The notes under the pieces: generated by a model
The model's database searches: none
What the model saw: the letters and a program-made list of their open reading frames with translations, nothing else
What the model was told of the DNA's origin: nothing
Program-made: the position numbers and the translations under genes
From: a virus
Lineage: Duplodnaviria; Caudoviricetes
Virus record (IMG/VR): IMGVR_UViG_3300002552_000444
Location: 1-64,000 of that record
Reading direction: 5' to 3' (one strand)
DNA length: 64,000 nucleotides
Part shown: positions 8,818 to 19,700 of the stretch, piece after piece
Position numbering within the stretch: the stretch's first letter is position 1
Layout of the letters: the number at the start of each line of letters is the position of its first letter

Positions 8818-11639
8818 GATTTAATTGTGCTACCCCATGAAATTCCTTTACAACTGTTCTTTGCTTTGCAATACAAACACGCTTGGCTTTTGACTGAATT
8901 AAATCTTGACCGCTCTAGCCTTTCCAAAATGCCCTTAATTCGTTTAATTCCATCTTCATAAAACCTCCCGCTTGCTAACTGAACTGCAACTTTGAAATAC
9001 GCAAAATCAATTAACTTCAGTCTATCATCACTTGACAAATTCAAACTCAACTGTTCAATGATTTCCGCATAATGCCTAAACTCATATTCCGCGCCGCCGC
9101 TACTGCCGACTAAGAAATATAACCCTTTGCAAATATCAAACTGATTCTTAATTCCATTTTGAACATTCTTCACGACTAGACTCTTGTCAATCTTGATTAG
9201 ATAACCGTCAACCTCAATAATCTTTGCTGGAACAATATCGAATATGAACTTTTCAGCCTTGAACTTGCCTGTTCTTAATTTGTTGGTGTAGAAATAGTAA
9301 ATTTGCTCAAGAGCTTTGTTATGTAAATCATTCAACTCAATTTGAGTTAGGTATCCAAAAGTTCGGCTAATCTCATCTGCGACAATTTTTAAGATTCGTT
9401 CAGTCTCAGATTGAAGTGTTCTATCAAGCGTGAACACCCTATCTTTGTTTTGCTCCACAAACACTTCAAAAAACCTTACATACATGATATTCCCAGCGTA
9501 AATACTTAATGGAATTTCGTCGCTATAAGATGTTTTTGTGTTGTTGAGAAAATAGAACATTTTAGAGCAAACATAATGGAGCAATAAATTAGGCAATGGG
9601 ATTACAGCCTTTTCGAGCTTTGGCATCGGCAAATCAAACAAAGCACCTTTTACATCAGCTCTCACCTGCTTATTCACTTTGATATATTCAATGTCTTTGT
9701 CAAACAACGAGAAAACATCTTCAATGTAGCTAGATGGCAATGTCGGGACACCGCTATCGCTTTCGGACTGAGTAAAGATGAGCGCTTCTGAAGTAGTATC
9801 AAAAAAGTTCTTAACGAAGAACTTATAGTAAGGGTAAACTCTATGTTTAATAGATATTCTTTCGTCTCGTAGTATCTCAGTAATTTGCTCTGTAAACGGA
9901 AATTCATTTTCAATTCGCTGCGGATAACTGCCTGATTCAAATTTTGGAATATATACCCTTTTGTTCTCTAACGATGGCATCAACAAAAATGCTTTGCTAT
10001 CCTCTTCGACTTTCATTTCAAATTCCGAAAGCATTGAGCGAATTGCCTCAGCAAAAAATTTAGCGTTGATTTTCAACATGCTTTTGTCGCAAAAACTATC
10101 AAGAGCTTCTGCAATCTTTTCTGTCAACTCAAGGTCAAACTCAGCATTAGCGTTTGTCAAAAATATTTCCTTTGCTCTCTCAACATGCTCACTACTCGTT
10201 CCATCAACCACAGCCAAGACTTCCACGATTGATTTTATGAAAACCAAATGCTCTTTGATAAACTGCAAACTCTCATAACTCACAACATTGACAGGATGAT
10301 ACAAATAAGCATCAATAGTTTCAATTTCACTCTTGATTTGTTTTACCTTTTCAATCTGCTCAATCCAAGAATCAATATTGTATAGATCCTTGAAATAAAG
10401 TTCAATCGCAAGAAAGTCTTTCAGCGCGGAGTTGAATTGCTCATCATTGCAGTTTTGATTAAATCGCCATTGCGTGAATAATAATTTCTTGTAGATGTCA
10501 ACATCTATCTCGCCACCGATGATTTTGTAGATACAATAAATAAACTGTCCTAGCGAATAATCTAAAAGAGTCTTCCCTTCGACTGCGATATTAAAGCCAG
10601 CACCTAGATGATTCAACAAGTCATTGAAGTGCAACTTATCCTTCTTTGAATGCAAAACAACCGCTATATCGCCCTGTAGCGCCTTCTGGCGCTTATCTTC
10701 ATCATTGCCGCAAGTTTTACCGAGGTAAGACATTATGTCGCTTATAACATACTTAAACTCTTCCTCACGACTCACAAACGGCTCAATGAACTGAACGCTA
10801 TCGTCAAGCTCATGATTGACATATTCTTCTCTGTAAAGATTATCAGCAATGATTGATAAGCTGTTTTTTACTCTCTTTGCTTTGCCAGATACTTCTATGT
10901 AATTTCCTTCTGCCCCCAGCTCATCCAAGAACGGTTGGTATAAACTGCTTTCTAGAAAATCATTTTTCTTTGTTACTAGATATATTTCTTTTCCCGAATC
11001 GTAGGCCGCCTTCAAAAGTTGTTTCTGCTCAAAATATAACAGCATAAAACCTTCCATTATCAAGCAGCTCTTTTCTTTCAAAGCCTTTTTCATTTCGTTA
11101 GCACAAACTTCTTGATATAGAGGAATTTCTCCCTCGTGGTTATCGAAGGCCAAAAACTCCGACTCGGCATTTTGGACTTCCTTCAGTTTTTTGACAAAGG
11201 CATTGTATAACTCAAACAGAGCCTTCGTGCTGTGATTGCTCTTTTCTAATATCAGTCCCAACTTCTTCTCATCAAAGCAATCAATCTTTTTTTCAAGCAG
11301 GATTTCAAACAACTCATAAATTTCGCGGCGCGTTCTTTGAAAAGCTTTTCCGCGCCCACTTTCACCATAAACTTCAGTTATAGTTTGATTCAAAATAAAC
11401 TGCTGGTCGCGCGGAGTAATGTAGCCGCCATACTTTCTAACCTCACTTTTGATATTCTTCAAAAACGCATGGTCTGTCCAGAGCGAACAACCGCTCCCCT
11501 CAATCTTGTTATACTTCAATCTAAAGTCTTTGTAATAATATGATGAAACGACATAGAGAGAGTTCTTCGCAATATCGTTGATATATCGCAAAGACTCATC
11601 ACTTTTGTAATCCTCTATGTAAACAAAATTGATTTTCAT
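8814..11639 (-). CDS. AddB/RexB-like partner (inactive helicase fold, degenerate nuclease, C-terminal Cys cluster)
   Basis: SREEEF..VI..I, DIAVV, PSSYI, single Cys in YVCSK plus CLYC.....C at the C-terminus (AddB-type Fe-S staple); ATGA overlap with the helicase. Confidence 0.6.
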   Translation of the reverse strand: MKINFVYIEDYKSDESLRYINDIAKNSLYVVSSYYYKDFRLKYNKIEGSGCSLWTDHAFLKNIKSEVRKYGGYITPRDQQFILNQTITEVYGESGRGKAFQRTRREIYELFEILLEKKIDCFDEKKLGLILEKSNHSTKALFELYNAFVKKLKEVQNAESEFLAFDNHEGEIPLYQEVCANEMKKALKEKSCLIMEGFMLLYFEQKQLLKAAYDSGKEIYLVTKKNDFLESSLYQPFLDELGAEGNYIEVSGKAKRVKNSLSIIADNLYREEYVNHELDDSVQFIEPFVSREEEFKYVISDIMSYLGKTCGNDEDKRQKALQGDIAVVLHSKKDKLHFNDLLNHLGAGFNIAVEGKTLLDYSLGQFIYCIYKIIGGEIDVDIYKKLLFTQWRFNQNCNDEQFNSALKDFLAIELYFKDLYNIDSWIEQIEKVKQIKSEIETIDAYLYHPVNVVSYESLQFIKEHLVFIKSIVEVLAVVDGTSSEHVERAKEIFLTNANAEFDLELTEKIAEALDSFCDKSMLKINAKFFAEAIRSMLSEFEMKVEEDSKAFLLMPSLENKRVYIPKFESGSYPQRIENEFPFTEQITEILRDERISIKHRVYPYYKFFVKNFFDTTSEALIFTQSESDSGVPTLPSSYIEDVFSLFDKDIEYIKVNKQVRADVKGALFDLPMPKLEKAVIPLPNLLLHYVCSKMFYFLNNTKTSYSDEIPLSIYAGNIMYVRFFEVFVEQNKDRVFTLDRTLQSETERILKIVADEISRTFGYLTQIELNDLHNKALEQIYYFYTNKLRTGKFKAEKFIFDIVPAKIIEVDGYLIKIDKSLVVKNVQNGIKNQFDICKGLYFLVGSSGGAEYEFRHYAEIIEQLSLNLSSDDRLKLIDFAYFKVAVQLASGRFYEDGIKRIKGILERLERSRFNSVKSQACLYCKAKNSCKGISWGSTIKS

Positions 11640-11851
11640 TTCTTCTTTCGTGCTTATGGTTATAAAAAAGCCGTCTTCGACGGTTCCCTCGCTTGAGGCT
11701 CGGCTTTTTTGACCATCAAGTCAAACTTCGTTCTTAAAACGATTCCCTATGGTATAAAAAAACCCAAAACATCTCGTCGATGCTCATGGGTTTTGCTTTA
11801 TAATGAATTTGTAAATAGTTTATCGGGCAGACTTTCTACCCATCTAAATCT

Positions 11852-11880
11852 ATTATACCACACTTTTTTCGATTTGTCAA
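11852..11880 (-). promoter_or_regulatory. consensus sigmaA promoter for the AddB/AddA-like operon, with structured leader
   Basis: TTGACA-17-TATAAT with TG extension; ~205-nt leader holds two hairpin plus T-tract elements. Confidence 0.75.
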
Positions 11881-11959
11881 TAGGTAAGTTCACTTTTTTT
11901 CAAAACTGTCTCGTTTTAACCCGAAAACTGTCTCGATATAGCTATTATTTGAACCCTTT

Positions 11960-12093
11960 ATAAAAAAGTGCGCCTCTAATTAAAGAGACGCACCCACAAT
12001 GACATCTCCTTATTGTTGCGAACCAATACTCAAAAGAGTGGGGAGAATTGCCAAAGGGCAAGACTACCACTCTAATGATTGTATGGGTTCGCA
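11960..12093 (-). ncRNA. putative small structured RNA
   Basis: TTGCGT-17-TAAAAT promoter with TG extension; long rod hairpin GCGAACC...GGTTCGC; terminator gtgcgtctct-ttaatt-agaggcgcac-T6; no sizeable ORF. Confidence 0.55.
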
Positions 12094-12171
12094 TTATTAT
12101 TTTACCACTTTTCAAATATTAACGCAATTAAAATTGCTAGACATCAAAATATTTTAAGTGTTTTTTGAAAA

Positions 12172-12210
12172 CACAAAACGCACCTATGATAATCCACAGG
12201 CGCGTTTTGT
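12172..12210 (-). terminator. terminator of EFR1 gene
   Basis: acaaaacgcgcctg...taggtgcgttttgtgttttc hairpin. Confidence 0.6.
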
Positions 12211-12232
12211 AATTTATAATTATATTTTTCCT

Positions 12233-13003
12233 TTATTCCGTTTCAGCATTATCTAAACGATTATTCGATTTGATTATTTCTGCAAGTGTTACATCTGGAT
12301 GTAGCCAGCGTTTGTCGCTCTTTTCTTTTTTGTGGTGTAATGCGTTTTGTGGACATAAATGCAAACAAGCATAACAAGCCTCGCATTTGTTGTCGAATTT
12401 TACACTTTCGTCAACAACAATATTTTTCGCCAAACAAATCTTTGCACAAACGCCGCATTTGTTGCACTTTTCATCGACTATGTATTTTTTTGGACTCTTG
12501 GTAAAATCCATGTTGACTACTTTGCCAATAACTCGCCCAGCAACTGCTGCCCTCACATGATATTCTTTGCGATTAGATATATCATCAACAATTTGTGCTA
12601 AGTTTTTATCTATATGCTTTTTCTCTTGCTTCGCTATTTGTTTTCCTGTTTCAAACAAAGGCAAGTAATTATCTACCATTCGCAATTTGTTTGTATAGTT
12701 AAATTTATAGCTCTTCTTTCCATGCTTGCGTATATATCTCATACATGGCCCAGACATGCTGCCATAGGTTCCGATTGCAAATATGTAATCCGCTTCAAAA
12801 TGCACCTTACTCAAAAATTCTCGCACCATCATAGGTGCTCGGAAACTATAAACGGGAAAAACTACCCCAATAACATCATCTTTGAATCGAATAGTTTGCC
12901 CATCAACAACCTGCGGGATAGAAATCAATTTCCCATCTTCCCCGCCAATCTTTTTTGCAACTGCCAATGAGTTGCCCGTTCCTGTGAAATAAAATATTGT
13001 CAT
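12233..13003 (-). CDS. EFR1-family flavodoxin-ferredoxin
   Basis: FYFTGTGNS flavodoxin start, FPVY, MVDNY, two CxxCxxCxxxC 4Fe-4S motifs. Confidence 0.92.
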   Translation of the reverse strand: MTIFYFTGTGNSLAVAKKIGGEDGKLISIPQVVDGQTIRFKDDVIGVVFPVYSFRAPMMVREFLSKVHFEADYIFAIGTYGSMSGPCMRYIRKHGKKSYKFNYTNKLRMVDNYLPLFETGKQIAKQEKKHIDKNLAQIVDDISNRKEYHVRAAVAGRVIGKVVNMDFTKSPKKYIVDEKCNKCGVCAKICLAKNIVVDESVKFDNKCEACYACLHLCPQNALHHKKEKSDKRWLHPDVTLAEIIKSNNRLDNAETE

Positions 13004-13118
13004 AAACTAACTATACCATATTTTCAAATAAAAGACAAACCTTTTCGCCCTCAAACATGATTAAAACCAACATCTAACTCTATCAAAGTCAAGTTTGATG
13101 CTCAAACAATGCGCTTCA

Positions 13119-14354
13119 CTAATCTTTCTGATTATTCGCAATCAAAATCTTAAATTTATCATCCAAGACATTTATCAATTGCTCCATGTAAAACTTAGAT
13201 TTTTCGTCAGAAAAGATATTCTTTTCCTCAAAATATTTGTAGAACATTCCAACAATATTTTGCAATGATGGAATTAAAGAATAAATGCAGGGCTGATATG
13301 TATCTTGTTTATCTAATCTCATTGTTTGAAATGTTGGGTGCGTGAACTTATTTGCATACATATAAGCTTCACGAACTGTCTTATAATTTGGGAAATTAAT
13401 GAACTGTTGCATATCAATAAAACTCAATTTGCTTTTTCTCTGCTTTTTAAACCAACTTGAAAACTCATTGATATTTAATAACCATCCATAATTAATAAAA
13501 GCACTACGCGTGATATTCCAAGTCGCTAAAACATTCGAAAGCTCCTTCTCAAGATTCTTTACATTTTCCAAAGTTTTTTTCGCAGATTTTTCATCCATCT
13601 CATTCCTAATTTTTTCAGGAGAATTATCAAAATCTAATCTCATAAATTTTGAGTGTTCCATGAATGCTTTAACTGCGACATCGCCATAAGTCGTAAGCAT
13701 TAATAAAATACATTCCTGTTCATGCAAATTTCGCCAAACAATGAAAGCCTCCCTGCTTTGACCTGCCGACAACAATCTTAATGAACTTTTGGCAGTTAAT
13801 ATCGCATAATGAAAAATTTCAAATATTCCTTCTTGTGGATGAGTGTCAGCTCTAACTGAATCCATGATTAAATTTAGCATTAAGTCACAAACCTCTCTGC
13901 TCACACATATTTCTGGGGACATCTCGTTAGTTGCAGATTTTATACCACTATCGTTAATTCTAGCCACAATATTATGTCCAACTTCAAGCGCCAATCTTTG
14001 TTGATAATCGCGGCTCTTTGACAAACTCGCTCTTTCATGGTCACTAAGTCTTTTCGTATGGAACAAATGGTAGTAAAAAATTGCCTCAGTTATAACGCTG
14101 ACAGGAGCAGTATTAACAATAAAATTAGGGTCTTGCATTATCTCAAACAATCCACTATTGCTCAAATGCTGTTCCATTGCATGAATAACAGGATGAATCA
14201 TACTACGAACAAAATTCTCTTTCGGGCGCGATGTGTCAACACCATGTTGCTGAACCAACTTCTTCCATTGTAATTCAAAATGCAAGTCCATTGGATCTTT
14301 CATTGGCATTTCTCTTCCTTGATTGTTATTCTGCGCTAATTTGTTCGGATTCAT
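13119..14354 (-). CDS. DUF5677/HEPN-like protein (possible Abi/defence RNase)
   Basis: WRNLHE, NYGWL and Y..ANKFTHPT motifs typical of DUF5677; own promoter TTGATA-17-TATAAT. Confidence 0.65.
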   Translation of the reverse strand: MNPNKLAQNNNQGREMPMKDPMDLHFELQWKKLVQQHGVDTSRPKENFVRSMIHPVIHAMEQHLSNSGLFEIMQDPNFIVNTAPVSVITEAIFYYHLFHTKRLSDHERASLSKSRDYQQRLALEVGHNIVARINDSGIKSATNEMSPEICVSREVCDLMLNLIMDSVRADTHPQEGIFEIFHYAILTAKSSLRLLSAGQSREAFIVWRNLHEQECILLMLTTYGDVAVKAFMEHSKFMRLDFDNSPEKIRNEMDEKSAKKTLENVKNLEKELSNVLATWNITRSAFINYGWLLNINEFSSWFKKQRKSKLSFIDMQQFINFPNYKTVREAYMYANKFTHPTFQTMRLDKQDTYQPCIYSLIPSLQNIVGMFYKYFEEKNIFSDEKSKFYMEQLINVLDDKFKILIANNQKD

Positions 14355-14498
14355 AATACAATTATATCATAATTAATCTAAAATATCAACCGAAATCTCA
14401 CTCTCGGAAAATCTACCGCGCCAATAAAAACACTTCAAAAAAATTCCTTTCAGAAAACTGCTAACCAAAATAGTGTAAACCACCCCCCCTAAAACGAC

Positions 14499-14540
14499 AA
14501 AGCCCGAAAGTCCAAAAACAAACTTTCAGGCTTTTTTTGC
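14499..14540. terminator. hairpin terminator downstream of the protease operon
   Basis: aaagcccgaaagt...actttcaggctttttttg. Confidence 0.65.
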
Positions 14541-14597
14541 TTTTCTCAAGATGAAATGGTGATTTGATGCTTTGAAAGTTTTTGAGCAAACACAGCG

Positions 14598-15665
14598 TTA
14601 TTTTATTGTGTCCTCCCTTAAAAGAAAACCTTGGTTGATATTGAAGTTGGGATCACTCTTATCAGAATACGAATTATTATGAACAGCAATATAAGTTCCA
14701 TCTTCAAAAAACACTGGACATCCGCTAGAGCCCGCCTTAGTATTTGTTTCATATTTCAATCTACTATTTGCAGTATCAACTTCAACAATTTCATCAGGTA
14801 TTCCAAACACTTTTTCTTTGCCGTTTGGATGACTAATTGTTGTAACATAACAATTCCCTATACCATTTTCGATTTCAGTCATTTTCGATTTAAAACTATA
14901 CACTTCAATCTCTTTAAATTTTTCAACAGAATTTAACACTCTTTGCCCATGATTGTTGATCTTCAAAACAGCAAAATCATTTTCCCCTGCCACTCCTGTC
15001 CCATAATAACAATTGTATGAAGGATCAAATTCAACCCGTATTTCTGAATTTGGGGTGGAGTCATAATATAAAGTCGCACTCGCACTTGCAAGATTAATAT
15101 TATACTCTTTTTGATAGCCATGACGAATATTATTATTACTTTCACTCATAAATGGACTAAATTCACTCGTTTTGTTATTTTCATTATTCTGTAAATTCTT
15201 TTTTAATATCCGATTAGATAAAGAATGGCGAGCCGTAATCACATAGAAATTCCCATCATCTTTTTTAATAACATATCCTGAGGATGGTCTCTTTTTTCCT
15301 TTTTCTATTATTCTTAATCCATCAGAAGAATAGATATCTTTTTTAACCATCATCATACAAACTCTATGATGCTTGTCGAATATTTTTAATAAAGCCTCTA
15401 CTCTTCTAATTTTCAAAAAATCAAATATTTGGGTCGGTTTCCCATCGAAATTGACCATCATCGCCTCATCGTGGCACTTCTCTTTTTCAATTTTCTTTAA
15501 TTGCTCAATTTCTAGTAAACTTAAAGATTTTTTTTTGCAAATCTTTTTTGCGATTTTATTTATAGAAATGTGATTATTGTCACCTACGACAACCGTCACA
15601 TTAGCTCCAGAACCTACATCACCTATTGTAATATCTCCCACTCTAACAGTTTTCTTGTTTTTCAT
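14598..15665 (-). CDS. trypsin-like serine protease with N-terminal amyloid-like motif
   Basis: Catalytic triad ITARH, ENDFAVL, GSSGCPV; AGGAGG RBS before MKNKK at 15665; no signal peptide. Confidence 0.88.
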   Translation of the reverse strand: MKNKKTVRVGDITIGDVGSGANVTVVVGDNNHISINKIAKKICKKKSLSLLEIEQLKKIEKEKCHDEAMMVNFDGKPTQIFDFLKIRRVEALLKIFDKHHRVCMMMVKKDIYSSDGLRIIEKGKKRPSSGYVIKKDDGNFYVITARHSLSNRILKKNLQNNENNKTSEFSPFMSESNNNIRHGYQKEYNINLASASATLYYDSTPNSEIRVEFDPSYNCYYGTGVAGENDFAVLKINNHGQRVLNSVEKFKEIEVYSFKSKMTEIENGIGNCYVTTISHPNGKEKVFGIPDEIVEVDTANSRLKYETNTKAGSSGCPVFFEDGTYIAVHNNSYSDKSDPNFNINQGFLLREDTIK

Positions 15666-15718
15666 TTCTGTTCCTCCTTGATTTTTATAAATCATTTACA
15701 GCAAAATTTTATGCTATA

Positions 15719-16747
15719 TTATGCTTCAATATTATTGCCATGGCCTATGCTAATGATCAAAGTAGCCCCCTCTTTTAAATCTCCAGTTTTAATATTTCCT
15801 ACTTTAATAATCTCATTGGTTCCCATTGATTTTTCTCTAAATTCATTATTTATTTTAACTTTAACTTTTTTATCAATTTCCGTTTTTATACTACTTCGAA
15901 TTCCAATTAATGCATTAAAAACTTTTAGTGAATCGGTATCTTTAGAGCTTGCAATTGCATTTTTCGCACTTTCAATAAACTCAGATTTTTTTTCAAAATT
16001 TACTGAATTAATTAGATTAGCTTTCTCAAGATATGTCACTACTTTACTTATTGCACATTCAATTGCCCTATTCAAATTAATTGTCTTATTATTTTTAAAT
16101 TTTTTAGTTTCTCGCAATGCTCTAAATCTATCACAATAATTTTTAAGATTTGAAAAAAATAATGTTCTTTTAGTTTCATCTGTCAACAATTCCTGTATTG
16201 TAAAGTGTTCATTAATTAAATCTTTAAATTCAAGTTTATTATTTAATACTAAAGCTGCATGATAAGCTCTGCTGAGAAGTGACGCAATTTTATGAATTGG
16301 ATTGTAATTTTGTTCATTAACATCAAAACCAGTAATTAACGCAACAGGAGGCGGGTGTTGTTTAATGCTTGAATAAGCATCAGAAATTATATTGTAAATA
16401 TCAAAAATCTTATGATCAGTCTTCTTAAACTCATCTTTAATATCAACAAACAAACTTAATGCATCAAGATTTTCATCAATTAAAATAAAATCAAATTTAG
16501 TGTTTTCTTTACTTTCATTATCTTTAATAAATTTTTTCACAAATTTATCTTTATCGTCAATACATATAAATTTTAAATCAAATTTACAACTATGATCGAC
16601 TAGAATCATTTTAAATAATTTATCATATAAATCATAACGACTCTCACTACCTAATTCTGTTGTTGATGCATAATTTCGAGTATTTCTACCTGTAGAATAC
16701 ACTTCATCGTCAATAATTAAAATTTTGTATTCATTCTGTTCTAGCAC
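15719..16747 (-). CDS. receiver (REC)-domain protein with C-terminal amyloid-like motif
   Basis: KILIIDDE, FDFILIDENL (phosphoacceptor Asp), VALITG; GTG start with GGAGG inside the upstream gene's end. Confidence 0.7.
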   Translation of the reverse strand: MLEQNEYKILIIDDEVYSTGRNTRNYASTTELGSESRYDLYDKLFKMILVDHSCKFDLKFICIDDKDKFVKKFIKDNESKENTKFDFILIDENLDALSLFVDIKDEFKKTDHKIFDIYNIISDAYSSIKQHPPPVALITGFDVNEQNYNPIHKIASLLSRAYHAALVLNNKLEFKDLINEHFTIQELLTDETKRTLFFSNLKNYCDRFRALRETKKFKNNKTINLNRAIECAISKVVTYLEKANLINSVNFEKKSEFIESAKNAIASSKDTDSLKVFNALIGIRSSIKTEIDKKVKVKINNEFREKSMGTNEIIKVGNIKTGDLKEGATLIISIGHGNNIEA

Positions 16748-16752
16748 TTCTT

Positions 16753-19700
16753 TTACAAGTCCTCCATAAAAAATGTGTAAATTTTTGATGTTATCTTATT
16801 TTTTTCAGGTTCACAACTAATATCCGGATTAACAAAATTGTCTTCAATTTTTGACTTATATTTTTTGCGATATCGTATCATTTCCATTTGAGTCGGCAAA
16901 TTCTCAGATTCATTAAATTTACTTTTAATTTCTTCAATCAAATTCTCATCACCGTGAAAGCACTCAACACAAAAAACAATTTCAAAACCTTCAAATTTGG
17001 CTATAATATTTATATTACATTCATTCGAAACTGAATATATTTCTCCCAACATTCTTAAAAATTCTTCTTTATGCTCTCTAGTAAAAAAAACATCTCCTCT
17101 CGTTTTGTTAAACTCAACCTCTTTTTTTAGCAAACTGAAATCAAGTTTAATTTTAGCACCAAAAAACCTTGCGACTATTTCCTTATTAAAATAACTTTCT
17201 AAATCAAAATAATGATTATCAATTTTATATTTTCCTGCTATTTCTATAGACTCATCCAACCCAAATTCATCGAAGGGTATATAATAATCTTTCGACATAT
17301 AAATTGTTAAATACTTTGCAATTTTTTTTGCTAAATTACTTGTCTTACTTAAACAATTTTCGCTTTCAACTTCATCTCTGAATATATTTAATTGTTTTTT
17401 TACTTCAATCAATTCATTCTTAAAATGAAAATCATTTTTTGAAAGATTTTCCAGTAATTTTTCGACATGATTAATTGCAAATATAACATCTTCTTTTTCA
17501 TTAAGTTCCTTTAGTTTCGAGGTTCGTCTTTTTCCATGCATGGTAATCCACTGATAAATTTCTTTCACAATAGAAACCCTATCAACATTTTCATTCATCA
17601 TAGAAAAAATTTCTGGTGCGTATCTAATAAATGTTCTTTCCAAAGACATTCTCAAAAATAAAATATTTCTAACTGTATCCAAAATATCTATCTGAGAAGT
17701 TTTTTTTGAAAACTCCAGATACATATATACATATCTCGCACTCAAACCTGTAGCACTATCTTTTTTTAGAGGAACGTGATACGGAATTTTCAAAACAACA
17801 TATTTTTCATCAAAAATTTCACATTCATCAATAATAAATGTATCAAGAATCCATGACTTGTCATTTCTAGTGAATTGATAAATTCTGTTAGATATCTTAG
17901 TTCTATCAGCATTTCCTTGTGTGGCAACATGGTAGAAAATGTCATTATCAGATTTTGCACACATGCTAAAACTTTTTACTAATCTATTTGATATTATAAT
18001 TGTGTTATCCAAATCATCTAAAGTTGTTCTACCATCATCAACTCTATTTTTAATTCCCTCAATTTTTTTCTTGCGCAATATATCATACAAACCTAACCTC
18101 TCTCTTTCTTGTGCATTTATTGAAAGAGTTAAAATCTCTTTTGCAACTTTCTTTCTTTCTGCAAAAATAGAACTATCCCATTTTTGTTTTCCACCCCATG
18201 CGTCCCAATTCAAATTCTCACCTGTTGCTTCCCATTTTTTGTAATTATCTGAAGTTTCTCTATAAAGATGCTGAACATTTTCCATGTAAAGTGCCATTAA
18301 CAACCTTAACTTAAATCTATCTTTTTCACCTAAGCAATTAGATTTCTTATCTCTAAAATTATCCAATTTAGACTTCAGTATCCCATCAAATTCGCAACAC
18401 AAAACATTGTCTGACCGAGCGTCAATCAACCATTTTACATAACTACAAAATTGGAAAACAAAACTATTTTCTAAACCTACATCATAATACGAAAGCGAAT
18501 GTTTATCGTTATAACCTGTATCATTTTCCTGACTTTTTTCGATGTCTTTCAATTTAAACCAATAATCAATTATTTTATCAATTTTATCCGATCTCAATAA
18601 GTACAATGACCCTAAATTTGCAAGCCTTTTAAGTAATATATTAAACAATTGAAATTGACTCAAAAAGGGAACAAGCCGATCTTTATATTCCCCTTTTTTC
18701 ATTACAACTGTTACCATATAAGAGCAAACTATCTCAAGTTTTTCTTTGTACTTACCACCCACATCTAAACTCTTATCGTGAATTTTAACAGCACCACTAA
18801 AACAAAATTCAATAATCTCTAAAAGAATGGTCAAAACTGCCTGTCCAATATGATGATATTTTGACATCGGCGGTCTCGACAAAACTTTTATATATGAAAT
18901 CAATCCTTCGAAGCAAAGTATAACTTGTTTTCTAACTTCCTTCTTGTATAAAAGTTTTTCTTCTTCTGATTCTTCAATGTCATTAAAATCTCCTTTTATT
19001 TTCACTTCTAAATCTTTCAATTTTTTATTATAAAAAACTTTTTCACAAATTAACTCTAGAATATTGTGCTTTGTAATGAAATTTATCTCATTTCTACTCT
19101 TTCCTTCGAATTCCAAAAACAAAAACTCAAGTTTTTCTACTGAATAATGTGTTGCCTTTAATCTACTAAGATACCTTCTCTGCAGAACATCATTTTTCAT
19201 ATACTCAATCTTTTCTCTTTTTTCTTTGTGTATGGAGTCACTACACCCAGACAAATGAATTTCTTGCTCATACCATTTTAGATAACCATTTGCACTGCCC
19301 TCATTTGAATCTCCATCCCAATTTGCATTTTCAAGTTTTTCATTGAACCAAGTGTCATACTCTTTATAGTTTCTAATCTCATTTTTATCTAGACACTTTT
19401 TCCAAAAATCATTCAACCGATTGGTAGAAGACATCTTAGACAACAACAAATAGTCATCTTGTACATCGCAAGACGGACACCTTAAGTTTCTTGTTTTAAG
19501 TCCCTTTATTTTTAAATCCAAATAAGAAAATATTTTTAATACTCTAGAATTTGTGCTATCACATTGGCAATTACAATCTATAAATTGTGTTAAATTTTTC
19601 TTATTTCTATTGTTAACTAAAGTAAATATCCCAGAAAATAAATTTAGTTTTATTTGCTTATTCTTCGGCAGCTCCCCATCATCTAAAGCTTCGTCAAAAA

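Noticed and set aside
11720-11736. LexA-box-like GAAC-GAA-GTTT in the helicase leader
   Set aside because: Spacer is 3 nt rather than the 4 nt of the Firmicutes box, and the site is far from the promoter.
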